Origin: Candidatus Kaiserbacteria bacterium | GTDB taxonomy: Bacteria; Patescibacteriota; Minisyncoccia; Phycocordibacterales; UBA918 | Assembly (NCBI GenBank): GCA_020428795.1 | Contig: JAGQME010000001.1 | Location: 24,178 to 88,177, forward strand | Length of the DNA: 64,000 nucleotides | Reading direction: 5' to 3' | Part shown: positions 25,927 to 34,815 of the stretch, in pieces | Position numbering within the stretch: the first letter of the stretch is position 1 | How the letters are laid out: every line of letters begins with the position of its first letter | The notes under the pieces: generated by a model | What the model saw: only the letters and a program-made list of their open reading frames with translations | The model's database searches: none | What the model was told of the DNA's origin: nothing | Program-made: the position numbers and the translations under genes

Positions 25927-26194
25927 AAGACCTTTATATTGTTAGAGATGTTTAATGACCGATATCTAAAAATAAGTCATCTGCGATTTATTTCGATTAT
26001 AATTTGCATTATTAAGCGTAATCGGTCGTTTGCGGTGTAATTTGAATGTAAATAATGCAAAACGACCTCATAAAATGAGGTCGTTTTGCATTTATGTGAT
26101 GAGCGTGGGTAAATGAAGTAATGATAATTGTCTCATTTACCCAGCTCATGACGAGTCTGGACGGCAAAGTGCCGGTGATCTTTGGGAGGATAAA

Positions 26195-26455
26195 ATGATT
26201 GTTAGTTTGGAGGAGCTCTGTGAAGCCTTCGGTGTGGAGGGTGGACCGGAGGGTATGACGGCCGATGAGATATTGACCAAATTCAAAAAGCGGTACAAGG
26301 CCCTAAACGACAAAAGGGAGTTGGTTGACATCGTCCGCAGATTATTCGGTAAAGAGTTTGCTCTTGATTTACAACACTCTAGCTGTGTTATTGCGGAAAA
26401 GCTCTTTATGAGTCGTATCGAGTCTCAGGTGGCCAAATGGGTGAAGGGCGGTTAA
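26195..26455 (+). CDS. Hypothetical small protein
   Basis: 86 aa; good RBS GGGAGGATAAAATG; locally GC-richer than surroundings; no recognisable motif. Confidence 0.4.
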   Translation: MIVSLEELCEAFGVEGGPEGMTADEILTKFKKRYKALNDKRELVDIVRRLFGKEFALDLQHSSCVIAEKLFMSRIESQVAKWVKGG

Positions 26456-26536
26456 GACATCGCCCTCGCCCCACCATCATTTATCATTTTAGTTCTTTCT
26501 TTTTATATTATAATTAAGCGTTAATCATTTATTATT

Positions 26537-27316
26537 ATGACAACCAAAATCCTTGGCATTCAGTTTAGAAAAAACCCTGTCTCTAAAGAACAGGAGCGGG
26601 TCTGTATGGTTAGGGAGGCGGGTGTTTATTGTGATATCGATTTTATCGATGGTTTTGACAAACAAATCGATTGGAATTACCCCGAAGTAGTTATGCAGGA
26701 ATACGACGGAGTTATTTTGGGCGGTTCTGGAGACTTTGATTTTGACGGAAATCGTGATGAAAAAGACGAATCTCGTCAGATGTCGTATGAGTTATTGGGG
26801 ATGTTGAGACCACTATTTCAATATTTATTTGATAACGATATTCCCACGCTGGGTATTTGTTACGGACATCAATTGCTGGGAGCCTTTGCGGGTGCTCAGG
26901 TACGTTACGATGAGACACAGAAGAAGACTCGGTCGCATGAGGTTAAACTGATGATTGATAAAAATGATTTCTTTATCTTTAGTGATTTACCTGATACCTT
27001 TTTTGCGCAGTATGGTCATAAGGATGTTTTGGATAGAGTTCCAGACGGAGCCGTTCTTTTGATGAATGGTGGGGAAAAGTGTCGAGTGTCTGCCCTTAAA
27101 TACAAGAACAATATATACACCACTCAATTTCACCCAGAACTAAATTACGAAGACATGGTTTCAAGAATGAAAAATAATCCTGATTATCTGCCAGAAGGCA
27201 CTTTGGCGGAAGAGGTTTTTAAACCTAGTCCAGACGCTACTAAAATCTTACGTAACTTTAGTAAATTGATAGCTAGTCATAAAGAAGGCTCGACAGAGTT
27301 GGTTGAGTCTGTATAA
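26537..27316 (+). CDS. Class I glutamine amidotransferase-like protein
   Basis: GATase1 nucleophile elbow LGICYGHQLL plus downstream H/E (QFHPE). Confidence 0.8.
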   Translation: MTTKILGIQFRKNPVSKEQERVCMVREAGVYCDIDFIDGFDKQIDWNYPEVVMQEYDGVILGGSGDFDFDGNRDEKDESRQMSYELLGMLRPLFQYLFDNDIPTLGICYGHQLLGAFAGAQVRYDETQKKTRSHEVKLMIDKNDFFIFSDLPDTFFAQYGHKDVLDRVPDGAVLLMNGGEKCRVSALKYKNNIYTTQFHPELNYEDMVSRMKNNPDYLPEGTLAEEVFKPSPDATKILRNFSKLIASHKEGSTELVESV

Positions 27317-27411
27317 TTGGTCTATTATGCAAGGGATGATTACATCATATTTCTACTTTTGGTTTACCACTGAGGAAACTCAGGGGGTTTTCAGTACATG
27401 ATGTACTAGCT

Positions 27412-27453
27412 GAAAACGGACCGAGTTTCCTGAAGGAAACTCGGTCCGTTTTC
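27412..27453. terminator. Perfect 19-bp-stem hairpin after the GATase gene
   Basis: GAAAACGGACCGAGTTTCC-TGAA-GGAAACTCGGTCCGTTTTC; preceded by another hairpin GTTTTCAG...CTGAAAAC at 27388-27418. Confidence 0.6.
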
Positions 27454-27503
27454 TTTTGCCGGTCGAGTAAATTACCAAAATATTTTTTAGTCATTTACTC
27501 GGT

Positions 27504-27794
27504 TTGCAAAGTAGCAATCGAACGGACCGCCCGTTTGGCGGAGAAATAGTTCTTAAAAATCGAGGGAAGAGGGAAAGATCAATGTTGGATACGAATCAAA
27601 GGGGTGGAGCTGTCTACGCAACTCTCATCGAGAGTTGCGATTACTGGACCAAGCAGGCTTTCTATATCTTGACTGCCTGTGGCCTTAGCGATGAGGTAGC
27701 TTACCTTGTCGCTACAGACACAGACAAGGCTTATCGAAACCAGGAAGAATTGCTAAAGCTTCTTGATTATCTTTTAGCCAAGATCAAAAGATGA
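27504..27794 (+). CDS. Hypothetical small protein (start possibly the internal Met at about 27582)
   Basis: ORF only; a weak RBS lies before the internal MLDTNQRG start. Confidence 0.3.
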   Translation: MQSSNRTDRPFGGEIVLKNRGKRERSMLDTNQRGGAVYATLIESCDYWTKQAFYILTACGLSDEVAYLVATDTDKAYRNQEELLKLLDYLLAKIKR

Positions 27795-27951
27795 AAACGA
27801 TCTAAGGTGTAGGCTGATCAACTTTTGACCAATTAGGTCGCCGGAAGAAAGGGCGAGCGATAGCTCGCCCTTTTCCTATTGTATTCGGGTTGCGCTCAGA
27901 CCCATCTTTGGTACCATCAGGGATGAGTTATATAATATTAATTTTTTTGAC

Positions 27952-29058
27952 ATGGAATATTTATCTGCAAACGCTATCACCGCTTTACTACCAGAAATGG
28001 CTTACGAATTACCCTTGTTTGGCGTGCTAGATTTACGTATATTTATACTCTCGCTCAGCGTTTTTCTGGCTCTCAGCTTCTCTTTTTGGTTGTTGCGAAT
28101 CATCGTCTTAGCTAATCTAAAAAGACTATCTCGTCTGACCACGACCGATATCGATGATGTGGTAATCGACGCTATTAAGGGGGTAAGACCGTGGGTTTAT
28201 AACATTATCGCTCTTTTCTTAGCTTTACAGTTTTTCACTCTACCTCAATTGGTGGCCAATCTGTTACTGGCGGTATTTTTATTTGCGGTTGTCTGGCAGA
28301 TTGTGGAAATTGCCGTTTGTTTTGTTGATTATGGTACTCGTCGGTGGCTGGAAAAAGATGAAGATGGTGACGGTGAAATTGATCCTAACTCAGCTACTGC
28401 CTCTAACATGGTGGCTTTACTAGCCAGAATTGTATTATGGGCGTTAGGGATTTTATTTGTTCTATCTAATCTTGGTATTGAAGTCACGTCTTTGATTGCT
28501 GGACTCGGTATTGGCGGTATCGCTGTGGCCTTTGCTTTACAAGGAATTCTTTCGGACTTATTCGCTTCTTTTTCTCTTTACGCTGACAAACCGTTTCGAA
28601 TTGGTGATTTTGTAGTGATTGGTAATGATTCCGGTACGGTCCAAAAAATCGGTATTAAATCAACTCGTCTTAAGACCTTACAAGGAGAAGAATTGGTAGT
28701 GTCAAATAGTGAACTTACCACTGCCAGGGTGCAAAATTTCAAAAAAATGGATGAAAGAAGAATTGTATTAACACTTGGCGTGACCTACGACACTCCCTAT
28801 GAAAAGGTAAAAAACATCAACGGAATGATTGAAGAGATTTTTGACAAAGTTGATGGCGGACGATTAGACCGAGTTCATTTTACGACTTTTGCTGACTCAG
28901 CTTTGTTATTTGAGGTGGTCTATTACGTGGAATCTTCTGACTACACAGATTATTTGAATATTCAGCAAATATTCAACCATAATCTTATGAAAAGATTTGC
29001 CGATGAACAAATTGAATTCGCTTACCCCACTCAGACTATTTTTGTGAAAAAGGATTAG
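27952..29058 (+). CDS. Mechanosensitive ion channel, MscS family (second paralogue)
   Basis: 368 aa; N-terminal TM helices then GIEVTSLIAGLGIGGIAVAFALQGILSDLFASFSLYADKPFRIGDFVVIGNDSGTVQKIGIKSTRLKTLQGEELVVSNSEL, the MscS pore helix plus beta-domain. Confidence 0.85.
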   Translation: MEYLSANAITALLPEMAYELPLFGVLDLRIFILSLSVFLALSFSFWLLRIIVLANLKRLSRLTTTDIDDVVIDAIKGVRPWVYNIIALFLALQFFTLPQLVANLLLAVFLFAVVWQIVEIAVCFVDYGTRRWLEKDEDGDGEIDPNSATASNMVALLARIVLWALGILFVLSNLGIEVTSLIAGLGIGGIAVAFALQGILSDLFASFSLYADKPFRIGDFVVIGNDSGTVQKIGIKSTRLKTLQGEELVVSNSELTTARVQNFKKMDERRIVLTLGVTYDTPYEKVKNINGMIEEIFDKVDGGRLDRVHFTTFADSALLFEVVYYVESSDYTDYLNIQQIFNHNLMKRFADEQIEFAYPTQTIFVKKD

Positions 29059-29108
29059 CAACCAACCAATTATTTTAATTTTGGTGGGGTGGTCAAAATA
29101 GTATTTAA

Positions 29109-30176
29109 CTATAACTCGTTACTAAGTAGGGTCTGCAAGAAGGGGACCATGGTTTGTCTAAATATTTTGGCTCGGAAGGGTAGGTTGCCACTAACATTTT
29201 GGGCCAAATTATAACCAGTCTCTTCTTTGATGGTTCTGTCTACATAAGATAGAGATATGGCTCGTAGACTACCGGCTCCAAATCTACTGTCGTCACCTTT
29301 GGTAGAAATCATACCAATCGCTCTACCGGCTTCATTGACTATTGGTCCGCCGGAAGCACCTTGTTCTCCCACTTTTGAACCAGCAATAGAAAACAAATCA
29401 ACGTAGTTAGAACCAAAAGTCATCAATTCAACGATTGAAGATTGGGTTTCTATCTCTATCAGTTCGGCTCCAGAACCCTCTCTTTGCATGATAGAGGCTG
29501 GATAGCCAGCGGCGGTGATGGGACTTGAGACAGCCCCGACTGTTAGTAGGTTGGTATCTATGGCAAGAGCGGGGAAGTGGGCCGGCATTGGTGCTTGGTC
29601 GGTACGGCCGGTAACGTACAAAAGAGCGTAGTCACGTTCGCCGGTACCGGAGGGGGAGGTTTCTGTTAGTAAATTGGCGTGCTCTTGAATCCAGGCCGGT
29701 GATATGTAGAGTAGATCAGTGTTGTAGGTAGGGGTGGCGGGAGTACCGGTACGTAAAACACAGGAAGAGTCTCCGTCTATGATGCCATCAAGTAGTAAAA
29801 ACTGGGCTACGTGGGCGTTTGTTATGATAACACCGGTATCGTTTATAAAATAACCGGAGCCAGTAGTAGAACGAGTGTATTCGTCGGTGGTGAAAGTACA
29901 AAAAATATTGACCAGAGCTTCTTTAGTGGTGACTTTAGTGGGTGGGGTGATTACACCGTCTATGACAGAGGCTCCTTGGTAATTGATATTATCCAGTAGT
30001 ACGCTGGGGATGGCTGAGTCGTGTTGGTATTGTGAAGAGATATCGACTAAATTTTCTCCTTCATTGGTTGAGGTTGGATCCGGTTCAATGTATTCAGCAA
30101 TAATAGTCGCCAAGTTATTGGTGAAAGCTAAATAACCCATTAATATAGCTACTAAAATTTCTTGAATAAATTGCAT
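29109..30176 (-). CDS. Secreted trypsin-like serine protease (S1 family)
   Basis: N-terminal signal/TM; catalytic His block GSGYFINDTGVIITNAHV; Ser block GASGGPIVNEAGRAIGMIS. Confidence 0.75.
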   Translation of the reverse strand: MQFIQEILVAILMGYLAFTNNLATIIAEYIEPDPTSTNEGENLVDISSQYQHDSAIPSVLLDNINYQGASVIDGVITPPTKVTTKEALVNIFCTFTTDEYTRSTTGSGYFINDTGVIITNAHVAQFLLLDGIIDGDSSCVLRTGTPATPTYNTDLLYISPAWIQEHANLLTETSPSGTGERDYALLYVTGRTDQAPMPAHFPALAIDTNLLTVGAVSSPITAAGYPASIMQREGSGAELIEIETQSSIVELMTFGSNYVDLFSIAGSKVGEQGASGGPIVNEAGRAIGMISTKGDDSRFGAGSLRAISLSYVDRTIKEETGYNLAQNVSGNLPFRAKIFRQTMVPFLQTLLSNEL

Positions 30177-30254
30177 ATTTTTTAGAGTATAACAAAACTA
30201 TTCCAGTATCCGTTAGTCTATAGGTGCACAGACAATAAAACCAAAGGCCAATCT

Positions 30255-30710
30255 CTAAGAAACTGTCTTTAAATCTGAGTTGGCGAGATCAAGTAACTCT
30301 TTAAATAATGGGGAGATAGCTTCGGGAATTTCTGAAATAGGAAACCATTTTGCTTCACTGATTTCTGCTTTATCGATTTTAAAATCACCGGTGGTAGCCT
30401 CGGCTATAAATAAATGGATGGTATCTCTCTTGTACTCAGCTTCGGTATAGACCTCCGTGATTTTCCTAATGTTTTTTAGTTCCAGATTAACTTCTTCTTT
30501 AACTTCTCGTCTTAAGGCTTGTTCAGTTGACTCACCTTTTTTCAGGCCACCGCCTACTATTGTATATTGGATATTGCCATAGGTGTGTCTAACCATTAGT
30601 AGGTGACTATCGTATATAATAAAGCATTTTACTCCAGTGGTGACAGGTCTTCTTAAAAACCAGTAGGTCTTGGCTAGAGGGTAAAGAGTTCTATATATTA
30701 AGGCTCTCAT
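30255..30710 (-). CDS. NUDIX hydrolase
   Basis: Nudix box GGGLKKGESTEQALRREVKEEVNLEL. Confidence 0.8.
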   Translation of the reverse strand: MRALIYRTLYPLAKTYWFLRRPVTTGVKCFIIYDSHLLMVRHTYGNIQYTIVGGGLKKGESTEQALRREVKEEVNLELKNIRKITEVYTEAEYKRDTIHLFIAEATTGDFKIDKAEISEAKWFPISEIPEAISPLFKELLDLANSDLKTVS

Positions 30711-30854
30711 AAAGTCGGTGATTATAGAACTATAGCAGAGTTTTGTTTGAATTTATTATGATAGGATACTAATTTATAAGTTAGTTAATATTACTTGACT
30801 AAATATATACTAAACTATAATATAGTATATATTGAATAATCAATGTAAACTAAC

Positions 30855-31991
30855 ATGATAAATATTAATATCTGTAAAAAAGTCTCACAACCAACTGGAT
30901 ATATAGCGTCAATACCAGAAACTTTTCCTAATAAGGACCTTTTTAATGTACCACCAAATATTTTATTTAAGGCGGTAGAAGCAGAAAGATTGATTGGTAA
31001 GTTGGACGGTATCACCTTAACTCTTCCGGACATAAATTTTTTCCTCAGAATGTTTTCATATAAAGATGCTACCTCTTCAGCTCAAATAGAAGGCACACAA
31101 GCAACTATGGCTGAGGCTTTGGCTGTAGAAGCAGAGATAGAAAATGATAAAACCGATGCCTCTGATATTATTTTCTATATAAAAGCTTTAGAGTACGGAA
31201 TTGAAAGACTTAAAGAATTTCCAATATCACTTCGGTTCATTCGTGAGATCCATGCCAAACTTATGGATGGTGCTAGGTCAACTCATTTTGCTGATCCTGG
31301 AGAATTTAGAAAAAGTCAGAATTGGATTGGAGGCACAAACTTAAGTAATGCTACTTTTGTTCCTGTACCTCATACCGAAATGAACTTATGTTTAGGTGAT
31401 TTAGAAAAATTTCTTTATGATGACGCCGCCACTCTACCACTAATTTCTATTGCTTACGCTCATGCACAATTTGAAACCATTCACCCTTTTTTGGATGGTA
31501 ACGGTCGGGTGGGTAGACTTCTGATAACTTTTCTCCTTATGAAAAAAGGAGTGTTGGAAAAACCGGTGTTATTTTTATCTTCTTATTTTAATAAATACAA
31601 AAAGATTTATTACGATAAACTCAGTGGATATCATGACGATGGAGATGTTTTTGGATGGGTAGATTTTTTTCTAGACGGTGTTATTGAGACAGCGAATGAA
31701 GCTATTAAGATTTCAGGTGAAATAAGACAAATTAGGGACAGAGATATGGCTAAGATACAAAGTTTATCAAAACGTGAATCAGATAGTGGGGTAAAGGTTC
31801 TTAATTATTTGTTTGAAAATCCAATTATTACTACAAAAAGTATTATGAACATTACGGGCTTTACTCGAGCTGGTGCTCAGGGTGTAATAGATCGTTTTGT
31901 TGGACTGGGCATCTTGGTGGAAGAAAATAAGGAAAGTAATTACGATGTAAAGTATACGTACGAAGAATACTTTATGGCGTTTGTAAGATAA
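30855..31991 (+). CDS. Fic/DOC family protein with C-terminal winged-helix domain
   Basis: Fic motif HPFLDGNGRVGRLLITFLL (HPFx[DE]GNGR); 378 aa. Confidence 0.9.
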   Translation: MININICKKVSQPTGYIASIPETFPNKDLFNVPPNILFKAVEAERLIGKLDGITLTLPDINFFLRMFSYKDATSSAQIEGTQATMAEALAVEAEIENDKTDASDIIFYIKALEYGIERLKEFPISLRFIREIHAKLMDGARSTHFADPGEFRKSQNWIGGTNLSNATFVPVPHTEMNLCLGDLEKFLYDDAATLPLISIAYAHAQFETIHPFLDGNGRVGRLLITFLLMKKGVLEKPVLFLSSYFNKYKKIYYDKLSGYHDDGDVFGWVDFFLDGVIETANEAIKISGEIRQIRDRDMAKIQSLSKRESDSGVKVLNYLFENPIITTKSIMNITGFTRAGAQGVIDRFVGLGILVEENKESNYDVKYTYEEYFMAFVR

Positions 31992-32178
31992 AAAACAAAA
32001 CCAACTCTTGGAACAATCGAAAAAATTACTCATGCTCTTGGAGCTGAGATTAAAGATCTTATTGTAGCATTTCAAGGGAGTGCGGGTGAAGTCCGGCACG
32101 GTGGTTTTGCTTAAAATAATCCCGTTTAACGGCGAGGTTGTCTTACTCTGAGTTTATTTCAAAACACGAAGTTGCAAA

Positions 32179-32200
32179 TTGTGCGGGTGAGAAGAATCGA
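32179..32200 (-). repeat. 22-nt perfect direct repeat of the 3' end of tRNA-Gly(TCC), T-loop through trailer
   Basis: Plus-strand TTGTGCGGGTGAGAAGAATCGA is identical to 32394-32415. Plus-strand TTCGATTCTTC at 32309-32319 is the inverted partial copy. Confidence 0.85.
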
Positions 32201-32395
32201 TTACCTTCGCATTAGTATATTCATCGGCTAACGCCTCGAATATACTGTGCTACGCAACCCCGACGCTCGAATCGACCTCGCTTCGCTTTGGTCGATATAC
32301 TCGCTCTTTTCGATTCTTCACGTGAGCAAAAACGTTTGCTTATTTCACCCTCCCAACCAAAAACGGGCGCACTTTCGTACGCTCATTTTTGTTTG

Positions 32396-32466
32396 TGCGG
32401 GTGAGAAGAATCGAACTCCCGACTACTGCTTGGAAGGCAGTCGTTTTACCACTAAACTACACCCGC
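32396..32466 (-). tRNA. tRNA-Gly (anticodon TCC), CCA not encoded
   Basis: Reverse complement GCGGGTGTAGTTTAGTGGTAAAACGACTGCCTTCCAAGCAGTAGTCGGGAGTTCGATTCTTCTCACCCGCA. Acceptor GCGGGTG/CACCCGC; D-stem GTTT/AAAC; anticodon stem ACTGC/GCAGT with loop CTTCCAA; T-stem has two G-U pairs. Confidence 0.8.
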
Positions 32467-32851
32467 AAATGATATTTATAAATAAAGAATTTACTTCATT
32501 TTCTCAATTGTGACGGTTATCAGGTTTCCTTATAGGGTTTCCCTTAATCCGCTATTTTGAAATATTTAGTTTAAGCCAATTACTTCAAAGTCTCACGATT
32601 CTAGCATACGTACCGCATATTTCAATCACAAACACAAAAGCCCCGACTGGGGCCTTTGTGTTTGTGATGGGAAATAGCGAAAAAATAACTCTTTGTATTT
32701 CCACATAGCGTAATACCTCCGCTACACCAATATTTTAACACATTTAAACTCAGGGTTTTATAGGTGATATTGTAATAAGCTGGGGAAAAGCCAAAAAGCC
32801 AAGCCCCTGTTTGATGAATCAAACAGGGGCTTGGCGGAGATTAAGAAGGGA

Positions 32852-33124
32852 TTATTTTACCGCTTCCTTTAGGGCTTTAGCAGCGCGGAATTTTGGTACT
32901 CGCATTGCTGGTACTTGGATAGCTTCACCGGTTCGTGGATTACGAGCGGTTCTAGCGTCACGCATTTTAGCTGAGAATATACCTAACCCAGCGATTGAAA
33001 CTTCTTGTCCAGCCTTAAGGGTATCAATGATGCTATTTAGCATAGTTTCAACTGCTCGCTCAGCATCTGCTTTTGTAATACCAAGCTCTTCGTGTACTTT
33101 ATTGATGATATCTGCCTTGTTCAT
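32852..33124 (-). CDS. hup: DNA-binding protein HU
   Basis: 90 aa MNKADIINKV...GFGIFSAK.R.AR.ARNPRTGE.I.VPA..VPKF..AK.LK, canonical HU; hairpin terminator at about 32795-32830. Confidence 0.95.
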   Translation of the reverse strand: MNKADIINKVHEELGITKADAERAVETMLNSIIDTLKAGQEVSIAGLGIFSAKMRDARTARNPRTGEAIQVPAMRVPKFRAAKALKEAVK

Positions 33125-33334
33125 AATTAAATTTTATACTATTTCAGCGAGTAAAATTTTGTGTGAAAACTTTCACACCATGCCTTACTTATATGGCTTG
33201 CAAAACATTATATAGCAACATATTAGCTCTGCAACGACTTGTAAATGTTTTTTTGTGTGTTCTAGTAAAATTGACTATGACCAAAAAATTTTTGTGCTAT
33301 CATAAAAATCTATTAAAAGTAATATCTATTCAAA

Positions 33335-33892
33335 ATGAAAATTGGAGTAATGGGTGCTAAGGGAAGTTTTTCAGAGCAGGCTGGTGAGTTGTTTAAACAA
33401 CGACACTCAATTCCGGAGAGTGATATTGTACCCTTAGTTTCAGCCGAAAATGTACTAATGTCGGTGGAATCGGGTGAGATAGATAAGGGCATTTTTCCGA
33501 TTGAAAACAGTAACGGTGGAATTGTTATTGAAGCAGTACACGCCATGGCTAAACATCGGTTTATGATCGAAGAGATGTTCGAATTAGATGTTCATCATAT
33601 GCTTTTGGTTAAACCTGGTATGACGGCTTCACATATTAAGACAGTTTGTTCCCACGATCAGGCTTTGAAACAGTGTCGAATGTATCTTAAGAGAGTGTGG
33701 CCGGAGGCGGAGATTGTACCCTACGCTGATACTGCTAAAGCCGCTGAAGATCTGGGTAACGGTGTGCTAAGTGATACTACGGCCGTGATCGCTCCTAGGC
33801 GGTGTGCCGAGATATACGGACTAGAGATATTGGAAGAGTCTATTCAAGATTTAAAATTTAATTACACTACTTTTGTAGTGGCGGTGAAATAG
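33335..33892 (+). CDS. Prephenate dehydratase catalytic domain protein (no ACT domain)
   Basis: 185 aa; MKIGVMGAKGSFSEQA ... FPIENSNGGIV ... TVCSHDQALKQC match PDT N-terminal and catalytic-region motifs. Confidence 0.65.
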   Translation: MKIGVMGAKGSFSEQAGELFKQRHSIPESDIVPLVSAENVLMSVESGEIDKGIFPIENSNGGIVIEAVHAMAKHRFMIEEMFELDVHHMLLVKPGMTASHIKTVCSHDQALKQCRMYLKRVWPEAEIVPYADTAKAAEDLGNGVLSDTTAVIAPRRCAEIYGLEILEESIQDLKFNYTTFVVAVK

Positions 33893-33894
33893 TA

Positions 33895-34410
33895 ATGCCT
33901 GAGAAAATTTATAACAAAGTAGTGGTTGTAGACGAAAACGATAGCGAGATCGGGGCTGAATATATGATGGATGCTATTAATAAGGGTTTAATTAGACGAG
34001 CTTCAAGGGTTTTTGTCTTTAATAAGAATGGTCAGATTTTGGTTCAGCGACGAAGCGAGTATGTTTTAAAACCATTATTACTTGATCAATCAGCAGCTGG
34101 TCATGTCGATGAGGGAGAGACTTATTATGAGGCTGCTGTAAGAGAACTTAATGAAGAGCTGGGCATTAAAAATGTTGATTTGGAAGAAATAGTTGTATCT
34201 TTGAGGACGACTGATTTTTATAATGCTGTTTATAGAGTAATTATTGAAAACGATGAGCAGATAAATTTTGATACCGAAGAGGTGGCAGAGGTGATTTGGT
34301 TTGACGTAAAAGATCTAGATAAAGAAATGTTGCATAAACCGGAAAATTTTAATAAATCTTTTATACAGATGTGGGGCAGTTTGCGTGACCGGCTGATGAT
34401 GGCTGTTTAA
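33895..34410 (+). CDS. NUDIX hydrolase (third in window)
   Basis: Nudix box AAGHVDEGETYYEAAVRELNEELGIK. Confidence 0.75.
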   Translation: MPEKIYNKVVVVDENDSEIGAEYMMDAINKGLIRRASRVFVFNKNGQILVQRRSEYVLKPLLLDQSAAGHVDEGETYYEAAVRELNEELGIKNVDLEEIVVSLRTTDFYNAVYRVIIENDEQINFDTEEVAEVIWFDVKDLDKEMLHKPENFNKSFIQMWGSLRDRLMMAV

Positions 34411-34419
34411 TATAAAAGA

Positions 34420-34745
34420 AGCGTGCGCCCCAGGACTGTCCCGGAACGCACTTGGTCAATGGGCGGGGATTCCGTACGAGCGGAACCATTCAGCCAGATT
34501 GGCTCTGGCCACCGGTCCCCAGATTGGACCCCATACCCTCTCCGTCACCGAGAGGCAGTCATGAACCCACTCAGCGAGGTTGTAGGCGAGCAGTTGCTGG
34601 AGCCAAAAAGTCTGGGCTCCGTTGACTGCCGCCAAGAACTCCGGGCTGGGTGGCTCTGGGATTTCAAGACCCCACCCACCCGCTCTGTTACAAAACATCG
34701 GCGTCTCCTTTCCATTCCACCATACTCCTCTAATTAAAAAAATGC
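34420..34745. ncRNA. GC-rich about 320-bp noncoding island, candidate structured RNA of unknown class
   Basis: Local GC far above the about 38 percent background; overlapping ORFs of 80-104 aa on both strands (shadow ORFs); bounded by the NUDIX gene and the rny terminator; contains AAAGTCTGGGCTCC, resembling the RNase P P4 strand, but the locus is too short for a full RNase P RNA. Confidence 0.3.
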
Positions 34746-34762
34746 AAATTGGGGTGTCTAAT

Positions 34763-34809
34763 AAAAAACGTTAAAGGCGCCTCCATCGGAGGCGCCTTTA
34801 ACGTTTTTT
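34763..34809. terminator. Bidirectional intrinsic terminator (21-bp perfect stem) after rny
   Basis: AAAAACGTTAAAGGCGCCTCC-ATC-GGAGGCGCCTTTAACGTTTTT. Confidence 0.65.
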
Positions 34810-34815
34810 ATTAGA

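Noticed and set aside
34605-34620. RNase P RNA gene anchored on the P4-like motif AAAGTCTGGGCTCC
   Set aside because: Only about 130 nt remain between the motif and the rny terminator. A bacterial RNase P RNA needs about 300 nt after P4 5', and the other universally conserved blocks (P4 3' strand ACAGAACCCGGCUUA, the GGUGAAA...GCGGUAAGAGCGCACC region) are not visible. Kept only as an unclassified ncRNA candidate.
34423-34737. 104-aa plus-strand ORF and 80-aa minus-strand ORF in the GC-rich island
   Set aside because: They overlap mutually on opposite strands, have atypical composition and no RBS. They are more consistent with structured RNA or foreign noncoding DNA.
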